DNA of 63,619 nucleotides, filler included, from Basidiobolus ranarum (Eukaryota): NCBI GenBank assembly GCA_040143965.1. It is 10 parts of 10 records of this genome, joined end to end, with 100 filler letters (N's around TTAATTAATTAA, not from the genome) between each part and the next. Parts side by side here need not be neighbours in the genome. Positions count along the whole stretch, not along the records: positions 50,998 to 57,258 come from JASJQH010001361.1; positions 57,359 to 63,619 come from JASJQH010001362.1; 8 more parts are not named here. One strand, 5' to 3'. Shown piece by piece: positions 54,696 to 63,619 of this stretch (position 1 is its first letter; each line of letters starts with the position of its first letter). The notes under the pieces were generated by a model. It saw only the letters and a program-made list of their open reading frames with translations, ran no database searches and was not told where the DNA came from. The position numbers and the translations under genes were made by a program.

Positions 54696-57258
54696 ATGTC
54701 CCGCGTCCAAACTCGTCGTATTCAAGACAAATTAGATTATTACTATAGGGCTGTCAAGGCTATTATTTTAAACAGGCAAAACCCTGTTACAGGTCTAATT
54801 CCAGCTTCAGTGGCTGTCACTACACATGGTGACTATCGTGATGCTTGGGTGAGGTGAGTAGTCGTTTTTTCACTTTCTTTTTGCGCCTTTGATTAGACAC
54901 TGATATATTTCTCATATTGAATAGAGATAACGTATACTCCATAATGGCCGTTTATGGTCTTGCGTTGGCATACCGAAAGATCGATGACGATGATGGTAGA
55001 GCTTGTAAGTTTAACCTGACACACCTGTTGCTTCCAATTTACTTGCTGACACTCTTTATTCAGATGAACTCGAACACTCTGTAATCAAGCTAATGCGCGG
55101 ACTGTTGTTCTCCATGATGCGTCAAGCTCAGAAGTGGAAGTTTTCAAACACACACAAAATCTCTTGGATTCTCTCCATGCCAAATATAATACCAATACTG
55201 GTGATGTAGTTGTCGGTGATTCTGAATGGGGCCATTTGCAGATTGATGCTACCAGTTTGTTCTTGCTTACATTGGCTCAAATGACTGCCAGTGGGCTTCG
55301 TATCGTATACACACAAGATGAGGTGGATTTCATTCAGAATTTGGTTTTTTACATTGAGCGTGCCTATCGTACTCCAGATTATGGTATTTGGGAGCGTGGT
55401 AATAAAATCAATCATGGTGAGGCGGAATTGAACTCGTCATCTATTGGTATGGCTGTAGCTGCCTTACAGGCAATCAACGGGGTTAATCTTTTCGGTCCTA
55501 AGGGTGGACCTTCCTCAGTAATACATGTTCTTCCTGACGAATTTACCCGTAATTTCAACACATTACATTCGGCTCTTCCCCGTGAGTCGAACTCGAAGGA
55601 AATTGACGCAGCTATATTGTCGGTTATTGGATTCCCTGCCTTCGCTGTGGCTGATCCTAGTCTCGTAGAAAAGACTCGTAACGATATCATTACAAAACTT
55701 GGAGGAAAATATGGTTGTAAACGTTTCTTACGTGATGGTCATCAATCTATTTTAGAGGATACTACTCGTCTATATTATAACGCACATGAGCTTGAAATTT
55801 TCGAACATATTGAATGTGAATGGCCTTTGTTCTTCACTTATTTGATATTAGATGGCCTGTTCTTGGGTGATGATGAGTTAGTCGAACGCTACAAGGATGC
55901 CATTGAACCATTAATCGTGGATTCGATTGAACTTGAACACTTCGGTGGTTGTGTTTGTGATCCTGAGGTTCCCGCGGGTCGTACACCCCCTAAAACTCCT
56001 CCTCTCTCTCCTAAAGCTCGTGAAAGCTTCCCTTTGATCCCTGAATTATACATCGTTCCCAAAGAATCAGTTGAAGCTGAAAAGGCTAATCCTGGTTCTC
56101 AAGCCCGTGTACCCAATGATAATGTTCCTCTCGTTTGGGCCAATTCCCTTTACATCCTTGGTAATCTGATCTATGACAAACTGCTTTCAGTTTCAGAAGT
56201 TGACCCTCTTGGAAGAAGATTCAATGCTCAGCGTACTCATTATACTGACACAGTTGTTCAAATTGCTTTGGTTGCTGAAGATGCCGCTCTACAATCTCAG
56301 TTAGCTACATATGGATTGGAAACACAGACCTTTGAGCAAGTCAACCCAATTACTATCTCACCACCCAATGCCTTAAAGGAAGTTTATGCCACTTTAGGTA
56401 TGAATGAAAAGCTTGCCCTTTCAGGTAGACCCGGTAGACCTATCGGAACTCTTGGTACCAGTAAACTTTACCGTGTTCAAGGGCAACTTCATGCGTTCAC
56501 ACCCAATTTCATGGATAAGGAGCAATTCTATCTCTCTTCTGATAATGATTACTTGGTTTCTGTTTTCGAACATGAGCTTGCTTTCGTCCAACAGCATTGG
56601 TTTTACCCTGGTAGACCCACTGTGGTTGTTCTTCTTACTCATGAAATGCTCAATGGTGAACAACTCCCAGAAGCTTCATCTCAATTTTTAAGATCAAACG
56701 TTGAAGAACAAAACGAAGAGCAATGGCGTAGAAATGCCCTTGGATGGAGCAGTAAGCGAAACCTAATGAACTTCATGATGACCCTTCGTACTGGAAATTG
56801 CAACGGAGTGCGCGTCAAATTGGGTAGATTGAATGAGATGATCAATACAAGTTGTATAGAAAGTCTAGATTTCTTGGTTAATAAGAACCAAGTGGATTGG
56901 CAAGCAACTTTGCGTGGTTGTAATGTAGGTGATTCGGGAGTAAAACTTAGATCGAAGTCATCTAGACGTTCCAGCTCAAGACGTAGATCTATTCAAAGAA
57001 CAAAATCCGGTATCTGGTCTACTTCTAACTTGATGACACCTCTTATTCAATCGGAGAAATCTTCTGAAGAGGGATACTTTGGGAATCATGGAAAGGTGGA
57101 AGAGCCAGTCAGTGTCTTGGACGGTAAATCCGACGTTGGTAATGAAAGCAGTGCTGTCAAACCTGAATTCGTGACTGAACCTATTAAAGATGATAAGGTC
57201 GTATCAGTTGAATCTACTGCCACCGAAGACGATGATTCGGACCCTGAATCACCTATGA
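54696..57258 (+). CDS. Phosphorylase kinase alpha/beta regulatory subunit (GH15-like), 5' part, with a 1-nt frameshift at ~55133
   Basis: QNPVTGLIPAS, DAWVR/DNVY, WGHLQIDATS, PDYGIWERG, LPRESNSKE, KRFLRDG and ECEWPLF motifs. Introns 54854-54925 and 55005-55063. Confidence 0.92.
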
Positions 57259-57499
57259 NNNNNNNNNNNNNNNNNNNNNNNNNNNNNNNNNNNNNNNNNN
57301 NNTTAATTAATTAANNNNNNNNNNNNNNNNNNNNNNNNNNNNNNNNNNNNNNNNNNNNTCACTTGCATAACTCTCTCACTTGCACCAAACAAAATATGTA
57401 TCCTAAATATGTGTCCTCCGGGTCATCGTTCCCTATTTTAGTATCGGAAGTAAATTTACTAAAATGTACTGCGATAGATTCAATTAGGGCCTATCAGAC

Positions 57500-58277
57500 T
57501 TATCAGATGGCATAGTCAATAATCTAATCAAAAGCTGAGCTCTTTTATTCTAGTTCAAACACGAAGAGGTAGTGCTGTGTAATGCTAGTTACTCCTTGCC
57601 GTCGGCTTGAAGTTGCGTTTGTATAAAGCAGGTATAGATTTTATATTAAGCCAGTGTTTATCTGCCATTGGGCCTCAATTAAAAGATTAAGCATGTCATC
57701 AGTGTGACTAGATGTCGTCAGTTTTGTATACCTACACTCTGGATTCGATATGAGACTAGGCCTGACGGATGGTAAAGAAATGGCTACCATTCAATATCAA
57801 GATCGTGGCGCCCTGGATATTATATCTCGTTTACCTTGGGTTGACTTTGCCTTTTTACCAATCAATCTCCTAAACAACCCACGAATATGCAGTAATAGCA
57901 TCAGATAACTCTATTTGGAGTAAAACATGTCTTTTTAGGCCTGCTTTGTTTCGGAACTTAAAGTCCTCATATGGTCAATAGAGTTGGGTTCTCTCCCTAT
58001 AATAAGCTTTTATATTAGATGACTATTCCGGCAGTTGATTATCACGTCCTAGAAATAATGTGCCGAAGCCCGGAAACTGCACTAACGATTTACATATATT
58101 GTAGGTTGATAAATAGATATCCATATCAAAGTGTACTAATAATATATCCCGAATCGCTAGGCCCAAAGAGTTAATATGGGAATCAATGATGGTTGAAAAA
58201 ATAAATTGGTGAGACTCTGATTACTCAACAGGAATCTGATAATGCTATGTGTAACAAAAATCTCTTGCATCAGATAA
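57500..58277. promoter_or_regulatory. Four ATCWGATAA GATA boxes (SreA/Urbs1-type iron-repressor sites)
   Basis: Sites at 57500-57508 (minus strand), 57900-57908, 58234-58242 and 58269-58277, upstream of the siderophore gene. Confidence 0.8.
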
Positions 58278-58409
58278 CCAACAACTCCAACATGATGTGA
58301 TTTGAGAGCTTTTTAAAAAGACTGATGGCCATGATTTTTTTCATTAGGCTTTCAAACTCCTGAATAACCCTAAGGCATTACTTCTCTACTTTCAGTTTGT
58401 ATCAAAACA

Positions 58410-60708
58410 ATGGAATACGATCCACAAGAATACGATGTCCTATGCGCAGGGTTTGGGCCAGCCGGTGTGGCTATTGCCATCGCTTTAGCTGAAGATGGCC
58501 GTTTAAAAGGATTCGAGGAGCACAATAAGAATTCCATTAAGAATGAGACTTTGAATGTGTGCTTCATCGAGAAGCAAGTCAATCCAGTCTGGCACGGGGG
58601 TATGCTAATTGACGATACCAAGATGCAGATTAGTTTCCTCAAGGATCTTGCAACTTTAAATAATCCCAAAAGTCACTTCACTTTCATCAATTATCTCAAG
58701 GAGCATAACAGACTGGTTGACTTTACCAACCTCGGAACTACTCTTCCCTATCGTTCCGAATTTAACGATTATCTCAACTGGATTACTTCTCACTTTAGTA
58801 GCCTAGCTCATTTAGGCGAGGAGGTTATTTCTGTGGAGCCCATTTTCAAACAGGGTACCCAAGAAATAGAGCGTCTCAGAGTTACTTCCAAGCGACTTGG
58901 AGATAACACATCTATCGTGCGTATAACGAAGCGTTTTATCGTAGCTATTGGTGGCCAAGCACGGATTCCTGCTTGGGCTAAAGGCAACCAAGGCCAGTAT
59001 AACAGTCATATTTTACACTCTTCTCAATACTTCTACAATGTCTCGAAAATGTTACCCGAAAGAGAGGCACCCTATTCTGTTGCTGTAGTGGGCGGTGGAC
59101 AGAGTGGTGCGGAGATATTCCACGATGTCATTCAACGCTACCCTAATTCTCGTGTATCCCTCATTTTAAGAGACAGCGCTTTACGTCCCTCAGATGATAG
59201 TCCTTTTGTCAATGAAATTTTCAATCCAACCTCCACCGATAAGTTCTTCAACCTATCTGAGGAAAGACGCAAGGCTTGTCTTAAGCATAATAGTGCTACG
59301 AATTACTCAGTAGTTCGCCTTGAGTTGATTGAGAGCATCTACTCGACTCTTTATCAACAAAAGTTACCTGGACATTCCCAGCAGCATTCCATTCTCTCTT
59401 CACGCCAGGTAGTCTCATACAACTCTGATAATGGTAAAATTCTATTACAACTCCGCCAGTGCGACGAAGCTGGACAACCTATTGGAAATCCAAATACCGT
59501 CAGCGATCATGTTTTCGATGCTGTATTCCTAGCTACTGGCTACGAACGTAATGCCCATACCCGTATTCTGCAACCCATGGCACCTTACCTTCTTAAGACT
59601 GACGATTCCATCTGTGATCCTGCCAAGGAGCTTCAACTTTCCATTGAACGAGACTATCGTGTTCGTACCGTACCTTCTTGTCATCCAAGCATCTATCTTC
59701 AAGGTTGTTGCCAAGACACTCATGGTATCAGTGACTCACTTCTATCGGTGCTCTCCGTTCGTGCTGCTGAAGTTACACACTCTATCATTCAAAGTCACAA
59801 CAACGCGAAGCTAGCCATTGGTATGTTTATTTTATTCTTGTCAATGTAAAAGATCGGATGTTTACTTCTTTTCTACTATAGAAACTCCCAAGAATAGCAC
59901 CGATTCAACACTAGTATTCACTTCCATTGATTTACGTGATGGAAATAACTTGGATTACCGTTGGGAATGGGTGAATGATTTCAACACTGGAGGCAGACCC
60001 ATCAAGCAAAAACTTGGTTGGTTACGTTACATTGATCTTCCTATTCAAGGAAAGAGAGAAATTACAAATGGCGTTAACCACCCCATTCGTCCACCACCAC
60101 CTCCTCCTGGTACAGTGGTATACCGCTGTTACATAGCCAGTATTAAAAAGACCATCTCTTTCCGCGTAGCAGATTTACAGAAAGATTTAAATACATTCCA
60201 CACTTGGATGAATAATCCTCGTGTATCGGAATTCTGGGCTGAAGATGGAACTCTTGAGCAGCACGCCACCTATTTGTCCAATCTTCTTGCTGACAAACAC
60301 AGCATTCCTCTCATTGGTCTCTTTGATGATGAACCATTTGGTTACTTTGAAGTATATTGGGCCAAGGAGGATAGATTGGGTGAATTCTATTTAGCAGATG
60401 ACTATGATCGTGGTACCCATTGTCTAATTGGCGAGCAGAAGTTTAGAGGGCCTCAATATGTCCACGCGTGGATGACTTCTATAAATCACTACTCTTTCTT
60501 AAGTGAACCACGTACCAGTCGTCTGGTTGGAGAGCCCAGAGCGGACAACGAAAAATTGATCAAGTATACCTTAAAGGAAGGTTTTGAGAGACATGGAGAT
60601 ATTCAAATGAAGCATAAATTAGCAGCGCTAATAATGTTACCTCGTAAAGTCTTCAGTAATAGAAGTGCAGCAGGACAACTGTTGAGAGGATGTAGCGCAA
60701 AACTTTAG
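58410..60708 (+). CDS. Fused L-ornithine N5-monooxygenase / N5-hydroxyornithine acyltransferase (745 aa)
   Basis: Exon 58410-59820 has GFGPAG, WHGGML, MQISFLKDL, GGGQSGAE, DDSPFVNEIF, ATGY and HGISDSLLS. Intron 59821-59881 (GTATGT..CTATAG) splices in frame to exon 59882-60708, which has FHTWMNNPRV..W, GYFEVYWAKED, YDRG and VGEPR. Confidence 0.9.
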
Positions 60709-61247
60709 AAGAAAATACCCTAGTAGAGACATTAACCCTATCATCATATAAATAAATATTTTGTATCTTTTTAATGGAAAATCTAATCATATTGCTTATT
60801 AATTTGCATAACCTAATCGAGAATATATAGCATGTAGATGGGCTGTTATTTCTACCTATACACAGTTTGATATTAACCGGGCCATATCCTGCTTTACTAA
60901 GTTTGAGTGTAATCGACACAGTCTAGTGCATGCTGATATTCACAGATATCTATAACTTATGCATGTAATGTATGACTTTGGCTTTCCAAGTCTCAGATTA
61001 ATCGACCCTATCCCGATAAAATTGCCCTAGTTCATTCTTTTGAGTTCTATTTTCGAATTTATTAACCACGACTAATCCAGACTGATGGTCATGCTTATCA
61101 TTCAAAATAACTCCAGTATTAAGCTGCCTGACTTTCAAATCATCTGTTCTCATTGACGAAACATATAAAAAGAGCCTGCTTCACCATTCAAAATTCAATT
61201 TAAATTACTTTTGTACTGGTTACAACTTGTTCAATACTTAACTCATT

Positions 61248-62066
61248 ATGCTAACCTCTTTGTTTATTACTTTTCTTGTGGTGATAGCTTCATTAGTACA
61301 AACTTCAGCTGCTATACCTATTCCAAAGGGAGCTAGCTCTCTTCAAAGGCGTGGTTCCTTTCAAGGAGACGGGACTTACTATGACCCTGGACTAGGTGCC
61401 TGTGAGGTAGTTTCCAGTGAAAATGAATACATCGCGGCCTTAGTAAGTCAACTAGTACATTAAAAAGAACATTCATAATTCATGCTAAATCATTGAATCT
61501 CAAAGAATCACGTCCAATTTGGTGTATTTGCTAGATCTAAGAATAGTCCTGCCTGCTTTAGCTGTGCTATGGTTCATGGACCCTCTGGAAGTGTCAAAGT
61601 GAAAATTGTCGATATGTGCCCTGGTTGTAAATATGGAGATATAGATCTCAGTCCATTGGCATTTGACCAAATCGCAAGTAAGGCACAGGGCCGTGTTCCA
61701 ATCAGTTGGGAATTCACACCATGTGAAGGTAAAGGTGGAAATAAAAATCCCCCACCTCCGCCACCAACAAAATCCAGTACCCCACCCAAGAAATCCAACC
61801 CCGTAGTAACCACATCTACACTTGCTCCAACTCCTAAACCTTCTAAGGTCATATCTAGTCCTTACAAGAAAGCTCCTCAACCTAGTGACCCAAGCCCTGG
61901 TGACCAAAGTAACCCCACTGAATGCACATTTCAAAGTAAATGTGTTAGTCCTGGCCAACATGGCGCATTCGAAGTATGTGTCCATGGCACAAAATTCACC
62001 CAATCCTGCGCACCAGGTACGGTTTGCAAAGATGGAACCGAAGGTATTTTTTGTGATTGGGCCTAG
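61248..62066 (+). CDS. Secreted expansin-like/RlpA DPBB protein with Pro-rich linker and Cys-rich (CBM19-like) C-terminal module
   Basis: Signal peptide, GDGTYYDPGLGAC, intron 61443-61505, VDMCPGC..DLS..AF, and CAPGTVC..FCDW. Confidence 0.88.
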
Positions 62067-63023
62067 ATTATGCTTGAATTTCCAGTAACTTGTAAAAATC
62101 AAGCAAAATAAAAAAACCTTTTGAATAACTAATTATAATAGAGAAGTAAAAATGCAGAATGATCTTGTATGATTAATTGATGATCAGCCGAAGGTAGAGG
62201 CAATAGTGCTCCATGTACTATCACCGATCAGACGTGGAAATCGGCTTTTAGTTTGGCACTTGTATTCTTGAATGTCACAGTTTGCATAAGTTATTATTTC
62301 CTGTATATCGAGGTGAATTCTCAAAGTAATATAGAAGACAATGAATGAGCTAAGCCACTATTGTATGACGAAATCTAACTGCATTATTAGAATTGAAACA
62401 AGTAAAGATTTATGTCTGCGAACTAAGCCACCAAGAAATATTTGATGAAATTTCAATGTTTATGATTTGGTTCCTACATTTAATGCGGATTCTTCCACGA
62501 TTTTTTTGGTTGAATTGCCACCGTATATGGTAGTATGATGTTTACTATATTTCTATACCTATGCAACAATTGAGGTGAGGCTTATAAGCTTTCGGCTTTC
62601 GCTCTCGTAGCTGTAAATATTCACGTAGCGGTATAGTACACGTATTAAAGTAATATGTTTTGTCCAAGAATACTATGATTGTTTTGCGCAGTGCAAAGTG
62701 AAATATATTCTGAATCAATTGTATGAATATCAAGTCCAATAATCATATTATTCTCATTAAAGCTACCATAAAGGGAAACCTTTTTATGTTCAAAATGAAT
62801 AATGCGAAGAATCTGGTATAGCATCAAGTAATTCATTTTGCAACATATCATCCAAATCACGAATCATTCTAATCATTCATCATTCAATTGAGTGGCTTAG
62901 CAATCACTACATTAGAGGTGAAGACTATCTCACGATAGAAGTATAAATGAAGCTAAAAGTACAGTTAGTCGTATAATTATCTTTTCGATTTCAACAAGTT
63001 GTCGACGTAGATTCTTTCTTATC

Positions 63024-63593
63024 ATGTCTTACTCTCACCAACCTCGTCATTCTCGTGGCTCTAACTACGAGCACGGTCAAGAGAACTCATATAACCGACA
63101 CCAAAATCATCAACATCAGAATACTGAGTTCGAAAATGACTACGAAAGAAACAATGAAGAGTTTCCTCGTAATCACCCCTATAATCGTGGATTTGGTCGT
63201 CAATATGAAGACGAAGAGGAGCAATTCCCTCGCAATCATCGTTATGGTCGTGGATTTGGTCGTCAATACGAAGATGAAGAGCAATATCCTCATAGTCGTC
63301 GCTACGGTCGTGGACTAGGTCGACAATATGAAGACGATGAAGAGCAATTTCCCCGCAGCCATCGCTATGGTCGCGGATTTGGTCGTCAATACGAAGATGA
63401 AAAGGATAAATTCCCCCGCAGCCGTCGTTATGGTCGTGGATTTGGTCGCCAATATGAAGATGAAGAGCAATATCCACATAGCCATCATCATGGTCGTGGA
63501 TTTGGTCGTCAGTATGAAGATGAAGAGGAGCAATTCCCCCGTAGCCGTCGTTACGGTCGTGGATTTGGTCGCCAATACGGAGATGAGGATTAG
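63024..63593 (+). CDS. Hydrophilic tandem-repeat protein (7 repeats of ~20-21 aa)
   Basis: Complete 189-aa ORF with TATAAA at ~62943. Repeats (F/Y)P(R/H)S(R/H)RYGRGFGRQYEDEEEQ vary mostly at synonymous positions. Confidence 0.85.
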   Translation: MSYSHQPRHSRGSNYEHGQENSYNRHQNHQHQNTEFENDYERNNEEFPRNHPYNRGFGRQYEDEEEQFPRNHRYGRGFGRQYEDEEQYPHSRRYGRGLGRQYEDDEEQFPRSHRYGRGFGRQYEDEKDKFPRSRRYGRGFGRQYEDEEQYPHSHHHGRGFGRQYEDEEEQFPRSRRYGRGFGRQYGDED

Positions 63594-63619
63594 CAATTCC
63601 GAGCCATGCGTGGTTATGG

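Noticed and set aside
6284-57358. Nine regularly spaced N44-TTAATTAATTAA-N44 blocks
   Set aside because: These are artificial concatenation linkers with stops in all frames, not a biological repeat or CRISPR array. Gene neighbourhoods across them are invalid.
63162-63590. Regular 60-63 bp repeats resembling a CRISPR array
   Set aside because: No unique spacers, unit lengths are multiples of 3, variation is synonymous, and no cas genes are present. It is a coding repeat.

Overview
This is eukaryotic, AT-rich, short-intron DNA from an early-diverging fungus (Zoopagomycota/Mucoromycota-like; Basidiobolus-like by inference only). It is not one locus: ten ~6.3 kb fragments are joined by artificial N44-TTAATTAATTAA-N44 linkers at 6284, 12665, 19043, 25419, 31793, 38165, 44533, 50898 and 57259, so synteny across linkers is meaningless. 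Ordinary genes: FHIP/FAM160, glutathione peroxidase, arrestin, AIM24, CLF1, folylpolyglutamate synthase, a PSR1-type phosphatase, an ENA ATPase, a phosphorylase-kinase regulatory subunit and an expansin-like protein. There are decaying tandem arrays of HSF-domain and ABCB genes, and a Ty1/copia family with ~320-340 bp LTRs. Highlights: (1) a single spliced gene that fuses an L-ornithine N5-monooxygenase to an IucB/AlcB-type hydroxyornithine acyltransferase, downstream of four perfect ATCWGATAA iron-repressor boxes; (2) a decayed Fanzor (eukaryotic TnpB-like RNA-guided nuclease) behind a Tc1/mariner-like end; (3) an LTR-less copia PBS/gag fused to an ENA ATPase; (4) a tandem YGRGFGRQYEDEE repeat protein.
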